From Eledone cirrhosa (taxonomy: Eukaryota), in contig OZ024744.1 in NCBI GenBank assembly GCA_964016885.1, positions 63,178,001 to 63,242,000 of the forward strand: a stretch of 64,000 bases of DNA, read 5' to 3'. Below are positions 39,901 to 51,103 of the stretch, piece by piece. Within the stretch, counting starts at the first letter, position 1. The number at the start of each line of letters is the position of its first letter. The notes below the pieces were generated by a model. It saw only the letters and a program-made list of their open reading frames with translations. It did not search any database and had not been told where the DNA came from. The position numbers were made by a program, and so were the translations under genes.

Positions 39901-40594
39901 TTGTAATATACTATTTTTATTTAATAATTGTACCTTGTTCAATATTAACCTAGCCTAATAAAATTATTGGGGTGGTCTTTCAAGCACATCTCCCACAGAG
40001 ACCCGACAAATAAGGAGATAAACTGATTAAGGGGTGGAAGGCGCACCCAAAAATACTAACGTATTCACTATAAAACATGCCCAAATGCGAATTGAATTAG
40101 AACAGCACAGTGGTTAAGATCACTTGGTTCATACAATTTAGTGCTGCCCCACCTACTGTTTCCTCATAACTTTCCAAAATGAAATTTTGTAGAGATACCC
40201 TTATGAAGATAAAATTAAAAAAAATAATAAATAAAAGAAAAGTTTCGCCCTTCTTGGTTCTAGAAATAACCTTACGTTCCTGTATAAAATCTGAGATATT
40301 ACCGTGATTAATATTATTTATTATCAACATGAATTAAGAAGACATGTAAGCATGTTTAAAGTTACTGACACCTTAACTTCGCATATAAGTCCCAAGAAAA
40401 AGGGGGTCTTATATACCAACATTTAACGGTTGTTACGAATACATATTGAAAGTATCAGTAAATAAAACCGGGACTATACAATAATGAAAGTATTGTTCCT
40501 TTCTTCATTTCTAAATAATCGTAATAAAAACTTTCGGTAATTTACTATTTTACGTTCACAAACTCAAATAAACATTATCGCTAGTTGTCTGGGG

Positions 40595-41136
40595 GGTCAA
40601 AAGTGAAACTTTAAGCGGTGAATTAAGCTTAAAAGTTTCACTTTTAAAAATTACTTTCACTTCTGACCTGGGGTCACCTGCTACTGCGCCGAAATATATT
40701 GTTCCATCAAATAATGAATAGTACTCAAATTTTGGCTGAGAAATATAATATAACCAAACTTGCAAGAGATGTAACTGTACTTGTATACAGTGGTGTGCAC
40801 GTAGACAGCTTTTACGCAATACTTTGATTTGTGACTCCTGTAATGTTGAAGGCTTCCTAATTAATAGAGGTGATATATCTGATGGCAAAACATGGTATTG
40901 CAGTAGATTGGTGTAATTTTTGTCGCGAGGCATGTGAGATGTGGCTTGAGCAAAACCCCCCAACAAATAGGTGGGATTAATGACGGTGGAAGTGGATGAA
41001 ACTACATTTTTTCATCGAAAATATAACTTTTAATTCTATGTCTCTTTTTGTATCTAATAATTTTTCAATAAATAACCTAACCCACTAGTCAGTAATTTTA
41101 CTTGTGGTTCACCGCTTAACAGTTTCACTTGCGACC
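40595..41136 (+). mobile_element. Internally deleted Merlin (IS1595/ISXO2-like) DNA transposon
   Basis: ~29-bp imperfect TIRs GGTCAAAAGTGAAACTTTAAGCGGTGAA / TTCACCGCTTAACAGTTTCACTTGCGACC. Peptides QWCARRQLLRNTLICDSC, DGKTWYC, AVDWCNFCREAC, QIGG, VEVDETTFFHRKYN. Confidence 0.75.
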
Positions 41137-41209
41137 TACAATTTACCATATATAAAGTAAGTTTATAAAACTTATAAAAACAACGACGAAAGCATTTGAA
41201 AACACTCAC

Positions 41210-41227
41210 CGTGCTGGGGAAGTCCAT
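41210..41227 (-). CDS. CCS: CCS exon 1, coding part (MDFPST)
   Basis: ggcaacATGG context, 18 nt, then gtgagt donor. Phase 0 fits exon 2. Confidence 0.8.
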
Positions 41228-42533
41228 GTTGCCACCGCTTTAGAAACAATTTACCTCCAGCGATAGAAGAGTTTAAGAAACCACGCTGACGTATGTTGTG
41301 AACTTTTTTTTTCTCAATTTATGCTGGATATACGTCAATGAAAGTTGAATTTTTTTTTTTAATCATCATTTTTGAGGAAATGATACACTTTGCTAATTTT
41401 TCCACATCTTTTTTCTTATTTCCTTTTGTAAGTTAAATTAATTTTTCTATCGCTAAAAAAAGATCTTAATTACATCATACACTTACTGCAAACTAAGCTT
41501 AGTCTGTTTTTAGCAAACAAGTCCAGATATTTGTTTAGGTTATTTCTTATTTATATTACCTTATTTTTAATAATGTTAAATGAATTTATATGTCTGTTGT
41601 TGTAACTGTTAGCGACTTGTTTATGTTTTGATACTTAACGCACTCCCAGTTCCACGTTCGTTTCATTTAAATCTTCAAATGTTTATACATTATTACATTA
41701 CTGGGTAATTGCTGGCCTTGTGCCTAAAGTAGAAACAATTATTACATTGTTTAACTAAAAAAAAAACACTTATTATTTTCTCTTCGTTGTTACGTTGAGA
41801 AATTTTCAATTTACTCTGTAACCCCATTGATTTATATTTTTAAGTAGAATGACGTGTTAAAAGATTTGTTATTTATCAATAGCGGTGATCTAAATGTTTT
41901 CAATTTGCATCCCGGATACCTTGCGTGTGCTTCTTGTATCGGTATTTCTCGTACTAATGAAAACAAAGTAAATATTTTAATTCAAATATATTAATTTTAT
42001 CAAGAACGTAACTGTATACCGCTAACAACGCCAATCAAGTTACTGTGGAATATATCAACTGGTCGCTGTAAAATGTATCCAATGGTCAACATATTTCTAA
42101 GACCAATGTTTGTTCTCTCACGCTATCAGTTCTCTTATGTAGTAAATGAATTAAATTGATACTCATTTAAATGATATCTCAGTGAATGCTATGGAACAGT
42201 TTTAAACCTAACAAATCATTGCTATAAGTTGTATAGTGCTATACTAATCCATCGCGAACTTAATCAATTTCGTTTTTTATTTATTTTTATTTTTTTTGCT
42301 TTCTGCCCTAGCTACTATTATCGTAACTATTACCTTTTATTTATTTTGCTTTTCTTTTTCACATAAAAGTAGAAACAGTTGTTTTTACAGTCTAGATTAA
42401 CAAATTGAAATTCCATTTTATGAGTTTAGTTAACTTTATTATTGTCCTTATGCTTTATGTACGTTGTTTTATCTGATTTGTCTTTAAAAAGTTTGAGTCA
42501 CCCATAGTGAAAGAAAATTATTTTGTTTTACAG
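41228..42533. promoter_or_regulatory. Candidate bidirectional promoter and 5'UTR region of CCS and ZCCHC7
   Basis: Divergent start codons at 41227(-) and 42539(+). Inverted motif pairs TGACGTAT/ATACGTCA (41287, 41330) and AGCGATAGAA/TTCTATCGCT (41259, 41445). Confidence 0.6.
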
Positions 42534-42538
42534 TAAAA

Positions 42539-42576
42539 ATGATGCATTATACTAATGATGAAGTCGACAACGATTC
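42539..42576 (+). CDS. ZCCHC7: ZCCHC7/Air1-2-like zinc-knuckle protein, first coding exon
   Basis: ttttacag|TAAAA ATG ATG CAT..GAT TC|gtaagt: MMHYTNDEVDND. Phase 2 fits the next exon. Confidence 0.7.
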
Positions 42577-43224
42577 GTAAGTTTTTAACTTTTAAAGTTT
42601 GAATTAAGAAAATTTGTATATTTCTCAGTTCTATAGCATCTTTGAAGGGAAATGCTAAATCTTTCAACAACATATCTTTAAACTTTCATTGCTGCTATCT
42701 CAGGTTGTCGTTCATCTGAGCAGTCATCGGTTTCCAGGGCTTACCACGAGGAGGTCGACAAACCAAAGGAGTAGGATGGAGACCTCCAGTGACTCCTTAA
42801 GTCACGTTACTGGAGGTCTCGTTTCAACAACTGAATATCTACGTGTGCTCTCCAGCATTGCTCCTGCATTTCTTCGCAGAGAGCATCACACACACAGGTT
42901 GATAACTTGAATCTATGTTGGTTATCAGCTCCATAACATGGCTAAGGAGTCTCAGCTACCTATTTTTAAAAAATAGGCCCTGTGGTTAATGATATCATTA
43001 AAAAACATGTAAGAGAAAAAACTACATGAACAATTATGCTTATTGGCTGTCTTCTGGGGATCATATTAGTTTGGGATGCTTTATAAGATGGGGACTATTC
43101 ACTACTAATGCATCAATAGAAACCATGGATAGCTATTCGAGATGAAAACAATGGATACTGGACAAAAAAAATATCTACACACTGATATAGGACAGCAAAA
43201 TTGCTACAATATGAAATCATTCAA

Positions 43225-43300
43225 TTTTCTGATGAAAGACTAGCATTTGAAACGTTCAGATTCTTTTTCTATTGTATCAAGCATTAAACTAATATATCCT
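43225..43300 (+). ncRNA. Degenerate hammerhead motif / PLE pLTR remnant
   Basis: CTGATGA-AAGACTAGCATTT-GAAACGTT-CAGA followed by TATCAAGCATTAA.CTAATATA, homologous to the minus-strand sequence at 6625-6697. Stem II decayed. Confidence 0.5.
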
Positions 43301-43360
43301 CATTGTATTGTCCTCCTGGGTTATTTTTACCTGTATAAATTAATATTTCTATATCTTCAG

Positions 43361-43509
43361 GTATGATGAATATATATTTAATGAAGATGATGCAGAAAAG
43401 GATGAAGCTGAAGCGGCAGAACAATTGTTGGAAATAGAGAACGAACTATATAGTTATGTCCATTACAGTTTACAGGATGATCAGCTTGAAACACAAACTG
43501 CTGATCCAA
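43361..43509 (+). CDS. ZCCHC7: ZCCHC7-like coding exon 2
   Basis: cttcag|G TAT..CCA A|gtaagt: YDEYIFNEDDAEKDEAEAAEQLLEIENELYSYVHYSLQDDQLETQTADP. Contains the E.E..LYS.IHY motif of the ZCCHC7 N-terminus. Confidence 0.88.
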
Positions 43510-44531
43510 GTAAGTTTCATATCAGTTCTGACTTACTAAAGGTGTTGGCTATGATGATTCATCCTTTAATTTTGCAAATGATCTTTCAGTTGCCCATAAA
43601 ATCTGTCCAGTGATTCTTTTCTGAGGCATTCTAACCAGCAAGAGACCTAGGGTGTAGACCCCAAGCAAGATGGTTGGATAACGTCTATGAGCTTGACTGC
43701 CCTTGCTTAGGGATTCAGTCTAATCAGTTGGAGACGCTTGCTTCTGGCAGGACCTGCTGGAGGAGTGTTTGAGGTCTCTGTCCCCACAACCCTCTCAGGA
43801 ATAAGTGGATGATCTTTCAGTTGTTCAATCAATTGAATTTCCTACACGTTAAATTAGTGTGGTTCAGTACAGAAGTGGTTTCTGACATTAAAGCAGCCCA
43901 AACATCTAGGCAACACTAATTAAGAGACTGCTGAAAACTCAGATGCGTGTTTTCACTGCTCAGCTCGTGACATTGGCTGACAGACTGATGAAGGCTATTG
44001 GTTTGTTTTCATTACAGTGTTAAGGTAGCACTGCCTGCCAACATCTGAGGGCGAGTGGTGTGTTTTCATTACTCAGCTAAGGCATGTTTTATTTTTGTTT
44101 CAATCTTTGTGCAGCAGCAGGATTTCATGAATTTTTTTTTTTTTTTTTTTTTTTTACTTACATTAGTGTTCCACTGATTATTGCCAGTCCAACTCTAGCT
44201 GAGTATTCCACACACACATACATACATACCCATAATCTAATTTTCAGGCCAAGTTAGTGTGTCAAGGCTGGACCTTTGATGTTCAAGTACAGTGCATTTG
44301 GTGGGCTTTCATATGGTTACTGTCTACCCAAATACCTTGCAGTATTTGTTCTGTTTTTGTTTTTTTTTACATTCTGAGTTCAAATGCCACTGAGGCTTGT
44401 ATTACCTTTCATTGCTCTTTTTCATTATATTTTCTATGTATTTTTCTCTTATAGTTTTAATATTTCATTGATCTCTTACATTTTCAGTTCATTTCATTGA
44501 TGTCTCTTTTTTTTTTTTCTTCTCTCCTTAG

Positions 44532-44594
44532 AAAATTGGCGTTCTCTCGAAAAGCAAAATTCTGCCGTAAACAGACCCCTAATGAAGTTTAAGG
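44532..44594 (+). CDS. ZCCHC7: ZCCHC7-like coding exon 3
   Basis: Long pyrimidine tract, tag|AA AAT TGG..AAG G|gtgagt: (K)NWRSLEKQNSAVNRPLMKFK. 63 nt, phase 1->1. Confidence 0.75.
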
Positions 44595-46206
44595 GTGAGT
44601 ATTTAGTTTCAATGGAAGTTTTGTTTCAAGTTATTAAAATGACTAAGCTTTTTAATGTCATTTTCCCAACTGAACCAAGGGTTAGGCTTGCAGACCCCCA
44701 TGACAAGCTTCATACTAACCATGGAGTCAATTTTGAGGCAATGTTTTTTAGTCACCTCTTACAACATGGGATATGGTGTACCTATTCTAAATGTTTTGAA
44801 AGTTAATTAACTAATTTTCAAGTTATTAAAATGTAATTATTTAGTGTCATATTAACTAGCAGAAAACTACCCTTCAGGTGGTTTTCTGCTAGCATGTGTA
44901 GTGTGCATATTGATATTATATGCAAATATACATGCATGTAGATATGATACATCAAATAAAATCATAATTGACAATATACACAGAAATTGAAGAGACTGTT
45001 ACACTGTCTTATGTAATCAGTAAAGTAATCCATGATACATTTAAAAAAGACGATATCTATAAATTGCATTACGGCAAAATGTTATGAAAACAACAAAAGA
45101 GAAAATTAATGATGGCAATATAAACGTTATGATGCAAATATATGAATGTTTATATAAGTGATGTGATATAGTGTACGGACGCTAACCGGAAGTGTTGACA
45201 TTTGAAACTTTTAAAGAAGTGAATCTTAAAATAAGCAATACATTATATATAAGAATATTTGTTTAATCAACAGCTACGAAATTTAGATAAATTACATAAT
45301 ATTTATTCAAAGTAATCCAACTTATTTTAATAATGTGTTCAGAAAAAATATCCCTGACACAGTCTCGCAGTCCTCTAATCTGAGTTCAAATCCTGCCGAG
45401 GTTGACTTTGCCTTTCATCCTTACGGGGTCGATAAAATAAAGTACCAGTAATGCACTGGGTAATTGCTGGCCTTGTGCCAAAAGTAGAAACAATTATATA
45501 TAAGATATGAATGCATGCTGTAAATGTTCAGGTTAACCCATTTCTTGGTAGGAGCATACCTCCCTCCAACACCCTGTATATATGAAGGGTCTGATGAAAA
45601 GCTTTGGGTTAAACCAAGAACTTTTAACATTCCCTTGTATTACAGATAGGTGGGTGAATTATTTTAAGAAATTAAAATATAAGTTTAGGTACAATCTGTC
45701 ACTGGAATAAAACAATTGGACAAATTAACAGTTTCATCATCATTGTTTAACGTCTTTTTTCCACACTAGCATGGGTTAGACGGGTTGTCCCATTTAAGGC
45801 AAGTTTGATCAGGTGACTGTCTTGCTCATATAGGACTGTTTCTGGCTAGATTTCTATGGCTGGATGCCCTTCCTATCTTGAGGAGTTGAAATGTAGTTAG
45901 ATCTTGATTATCCAGATAAGATGAGCAGCAAGACTTAACAGTTTTTGAGTTTTCTAATAATGGCACTGCAGGCCAAATATTAAAGTTCATTTTGCAATTA
46001 TTAGGTCCCATGTTCAACCCCATTTCATGGCATCTTGGGCAAATGTCATTTACCATAACCTTGGGTTAACCCATGCCTTGTGAGTGAAATGGGCTAGATG
46101 GAAACTGACTAGAATCTTGCAGGATGGTCTATACCTGTAATTCAAAGGACCTGTGTTACTAACTACACATTGTCACACTGAATCTCCCTGAGAATTATGT
46201 TAAGAA

Positions 46207-46246
<40 letters not shown>

Positions 46247-46918
46247 TGTGTGTGTGTGTGTGTGTGTGTGCAGCATGCTCATCTATATACATCTAGGTGT
46301 AGATGCTGGAGCATTGGATTACATGTACAATCCATATGACAGGCTTCCAGTTTCTGTCTACCAAATTTCAAATAAGGCTTTGGTCAACTCAACACAAGCA
46401 AGACACTTTCTCAAGATGAAAAAAAAAACAAAAAAAAACGCACACATACACACACACACACTTTTTCTTTTTTTTTTTTTAGTTTTGAATTTTTTTTTTT
46501 TTTTAAAGTAAAAAAAATAAATTTAATTTGGAATTAATACTTTTTTTATTTATAAATTGCTTAAAAAAATTATGTAACATCGCCATTATCTTTTTATATA
46601 CTTGTATGGGTTGTGTGTATGTAGAGAGAGGAGTACAGACATGTCGGTGTGGTTAGTGTTCATTTCACAACCACATGGTTTCGGGTTCAGTCACATTACA
46701 ACCTTAGTGTAATAAAAATGAATTGATAAAATAAGTACTAGACCAGAAGAAAAAAAAAAAGATGAATATAGATTGTGCTGTAAAACAGTCATCCTACATA
46801 TTGCTGTTTGTGTTGTGATAAGGAACTTTAGGCACAGTAAATCAGTTATTGCTCCATATGTGGCCTATGTTTGTGTTTATTTATTGCTTTGAAATATTTT
46901 GTCTTTTAAATTGATCAG

Positions 46919-47022
46919 TGAATGGAGAAAAAATGGAAGGTAAAGATGGCTTAACAGCAAAGACCTACGCATGTGGTAACTGTTCCTTTGTTGGCCACCT
47001 TAGCAGAGACTGCCACCTAATG
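46919..47022 (+). CDS. ZCCHC7: ZCCHC7-like coding exon 4 (knuckle 1)
   Basis: cag|TG AAT..ATG|gtaaat: (V)NGEKMEGKDGLTAKTYACGNCSFVGHLSRDCHLM. Confidence 0.88.
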
Positions 47023-48581
47023 GTAAATATTTATCAATATTTTACTAATCTCTAACATATTCTTGTTAAAATTTAACCCTTTTGATACCAAACCACCTGA
47101 AACTACTCTTGGAATATAGTCAAACATTGTTGGTACTAGAAAACTGGGGTGGTGGGATATAGTCCACAGGACTGAGATCTCTGGCATTACGCAGTATTAC
47201 AGAAGACCTGGCTTCTGACGGGAACTGGCTGAGACTGAAGAATATATATAGTATGCACCACTCCACCCACTTCTATACCACATCTCCCACGAAGACAAGC
47301 GGAAGTATAAGTACAGTGGAGCCTCCAGCTCTCACTGGTGTGGTCATGTGGGTGTTACGGCAGAAGTCCCCAGTCCACACTGAAATGTGGTTATGTAGGT
47401 GTCGCAGCAAAGGACACCCAGTATTCACTATAAATGAGGTAGGAGCTAGGAAGGGCATCTAGCTGTAGAAATCTAGCCAAAATCGGTTCTGTATGGGCAA
47501 GACATGCTCACTTGACCTGGCATTACTCACAAGACAACTCGTCTTACCCGTGCTAGTGTGGGAACGTGGACATTAAACGGTGATGCTTATTCGCACTGGG
47601 ATGGTGGAATATAGTAAACATTGATGTTGATTGTTAGTACTAGAATACTGGGATAATGGAATATAAAATATCAGGATTGGAATACTGGGTTGATGAGTAA
47701 CTAAACACTCATTATTGATCTGGTGTTTAGAACACAACTGGAGAGCAAAACATTAAATCGTAGAAATTGACAAAACAGTATGATTAAATGTAGTAAATGA
47801 AAACACATTGTAGAAATGACAATCACAAAAGACAATCAAATAAAAAGGATAGATGATTGACAGGGTGATGATATTCAGAATATAGCCATAACCCTTTAGC
47901 ATTTAAACCAGCTGTATCCAGCCAAAATTCTCTCGCCTCTTTCTGTTCAAACTTGCCATAATCGGTCACTCATACTAACGTTTATTTATTGTTCTCAAAA
48001 TAAATATCAATCTCATAGATTCGATATTACGTGAGATAAATACAATAGTAAATATAGAGTAACATAAATGCTACAAGATTAAAATGTCAATTGTACAGAA
48101 TCTCCACCTGAAAATAACATCTATCATTCTTATAAAGTGTGTGTGTACATTGATGTTCTCTCTCTTTCACCTACTGCCTCTGTCTCTCTTGCTCTTCCTA
48201 TCTCTCACTATTATATGCAAATGGGATCCCACGTGCTGGCTGTCCTGTGGTCCCAGCAGACAGTAATGAAGATGTTTCCCCGGAGGATGGTGTGGAAGAT
48301 GCATTGGAAAAGCCATTCCAGCTCATGAGGCTCACATCTGTGGGTAGCCAGAAAGGTTCTTACATTAAATTATGGTGGAAGTTTTTAGATAAATATATCT
48401 TAAAAACACTGTATTGTATCATAGAAGCAAGGAATAGTTTCAGATGATTTGGTATCAAAATAGTTAGGCTCTAGCTAAAATACATTGAATTCATTCTATT
48501 TTTAATTTTTATTTTCCAAAATTTCCCCTTAGAATTTTCTTTCTTTTTAACTTTTACTTTTTCTATTTTTTTGAATTATAG

Positions 48582-48755
48582 AAAAAGGTAGTGTGTTATA
48601 TTTGTGGTTTTCCAGGCCACATTAGTCGAGAGTGCCCAAATCAAGTTTGTTTCAACTGTGAAACTCCTGGACATGTTACTCGTTTTTGCAATGAAAGGAG
48701 ACGTCCTTATGGTATATGCTGTTTCCGGTGTCGCATGACGGGTCACAGAGATAAA
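48582..48755 (+). CDS. ZCCHC7: ZCCHC7-like coding exon 5 (knuckles 2, 3 and most of 4)
   Basis: tag|AAA AAG..AAA|gtaagt: KKVVCYICGFPGHISRECPNQVCFNCETPGHVTRFCNERRRPYGICCFRCRMTGHRDK. Confidence 0.95.
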
Positions 48756-48779
48756 GTAAGTAAATGAAAATGCTGTTTC

Positions 48780-49308
48780 TTAACCCATTAGCATTTAAAC
48801 CGGCCAGAATTCTCTCACCTCTTTCTGTTCAAACAGTCTGTAACCAGCCGCTCTTATGTTAAGGTATTATCAAAATAAATATCAATCTCATAGATTTGAT
48901 ATTATGTGAGATTCATTCATTCATTTCATTTTACGTCCGCTTTTTCCCTGCTTGCAAGGGTGGGACGGGAACTGATTCTGGCTTGATTTCTACAGCTGGA
49001 TGCCCTTCCTAACACCAACCTCATTTACAGTGAGTGCTGGGTGCTTTTTTGCCGTGGCACCTCCACGACCACTTTGCAGTGGAATGATATGGACCCCAGT
49101 CCCTATCATCTCATTTCTACAGCTGAGTAAACTGGAGCAATGTGAAATAAAGTGTCTTGCTCAAGGAAACAACACATCACCCAGTCTGAGAATTGAACTC
49201 ACAACCTTTCGATTGCAAGGCCAATGCTCTAACCACTAAGCCATGTGCCTCCATAATTGTGAAAATACAATTGTATTATATAGAGTGATGTAAATGCTAA
49301 AGAGTTAA
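48780..49308. mobile_element. piggyBac-type MITE split by a full-length SINE (48913-49253, minus)
   Basis: MITE left half ends GATATTATGTGAGA. The right half resumes ATAATTGTGAAAATACAA..TAAATGCTAAAGAGTTAA. Confidence 0.85.
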
Positions 49309-50817
49309 ACCACTTCATTTTTATGTCTGCTTTTCCTTGCTGGCATGGGGTAGATGGATCTTTTTTAGGTAGGTTTTCTGATTGTATGTCCTTCTTGATG
49401 CCTAACCATGTCATATTTATTGTGTGAATATATATGTGTGTGTAGACTGGAGAGAAATGAAGCAACCATGTTTTGTTGGATATGCAATGTAAATGTGAGA
49501 GAAAGGTAGAGCTTGGACGACCTGAGAGAAGCTGAAATGGTGGGCAAGAGAGAAGACTGTGGTGGTATGGACATATGCATATGGACAATAACCGATAGGT
49601 GAAAAAATGCCAGGTAATCCCAGTGGAAGGAAGCCGCAATAGAAGACAACCAAGAAAGGCCTTGGCAGAGGATGTGAGAGCTGACATCAAATCATTAAAA
49701 TTGGGAAAGGAGATGAAGGAACTCGATGAGTGAAGAGATGCCATGCTGAGAAGGACCCGTCCAGCCCATGCAAGCATGCGAAAGTGGACATAAAAAACCA
49801 CTATATATAATCAATATCATTACCGTTTTATGTTAATTTTCCAATGCTTGTATAGGTTAGACATGTCGCAGTTCTAGGCTAGACAGATTATATGACTGTG
49901 CCTCACTCGTACATTCCATTCTGGAATTGTTTCTATGGTTGGATGCCCTACCTAATGCTGACCACTTCATGGTGTGTATGTGTGTACTGCTTAGGTTCAT
50001 CATACCACTATACTGTGGAACATGGTTTGTGGTAGACATAAACATCACTGCTGGCTTTTTTAAAACCTTGTCATTATTAAGACACAGTAAATATATATGT
50101 ATACTACAAGTATTTTAAAACCATTTTGCTTGCTAAAGTTGGTGTTAGCCTTGCAGGACCCATGACTAACTTCATACTCATCATGAAGTTACATTGAGGC
50201 AATGTTTTACAGCCAGATGTCCTTGACACCAACACCACTCTGCATTCCTGTGTGTTGTAAGAAGTACATATTTTAAACCATATATCTAGTTTAAAATGTG
50301 TGTATCTGGTTTAGAATAGGTATACAGCACCTTACTGTATGCTGTGAGAAGTGACTAAAAGTATAATTTATACAAATTTTAGGTTATTTTCAAAATTGAG
50401 AGGAACACATACACAGTGTATTACATTAGAAATACAGTAATGAAAGGGTTATGGATTTTCTAGATGGCCATTTGATTGGTTAGAGATAATAGCGAAATCT
50501 CCCTCAAGTCATACTCTACCTAACAGAAGTTGTTTCTTTGTAGCCAGGGGTATAAATTTGAGTTGTAAATATTTGAAATTACCTTAAGCATTTGTGTATG
50601 AGTTGCACCTTTCCCTTGAAAACATGACATTTAAAACTATGTGACTTACCTACAGGACCTATAAAATCTCAATTCAAAATATATGGTATATTGTAAATGT
50701 TTAATATGTGTAAAATAGAAGTGACTTTTACACAAATGTATATTTACTATACAGTGTATAAGATAATGAAATGTTATGAATAATTTAAAATTAAATTTAG
50801 TCATTGTTATATTATAT

Positions 50818-50944
50818 AATAATAATAATAATGAAATTATTGTGTACAGTGCTCAGGTGCACTACAACTCATCAAAGGTGCATGTATAGTACATAGAATA
50901 ATGTACAAATGTCAGGAAAATAAACAGTGTATGAGTCATGATAT
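50818..50944 (-). mobile_element. Short CR1 3'UTR copy directly abutting the tail of the long CR1
   Basis: (AAT)n-GAAATTATTGTGTACAGTGCTCAGGTGCACTACAACTC.., homologous to 13124-13250 and 50960-51075. Confidence 0.85.
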
Positions 50945-51103
50945 AATAACAATAACAATAATGAAATATTGTGCACAGTGCCCAGGTGCACCACAACCCA
51001 TCAAAAAAGTGCATGTACAGTACATAGGGCAATGCACAAACATCAGTAAAATGAACAGTGCACGAGTCATGATACACGTGTGCATGTGTATGGAAGGGGC
51101 ACA

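Noticed and set aside
48247-48355. Acidic ORF (DSNEDVSPEDGVEDALEK) as an extra ZCCHC7 exon
   Set aside because: The nearby CAG acceptors enter that frame in phase 1, while the flanking exons join in phase 0. There is no strong donor.
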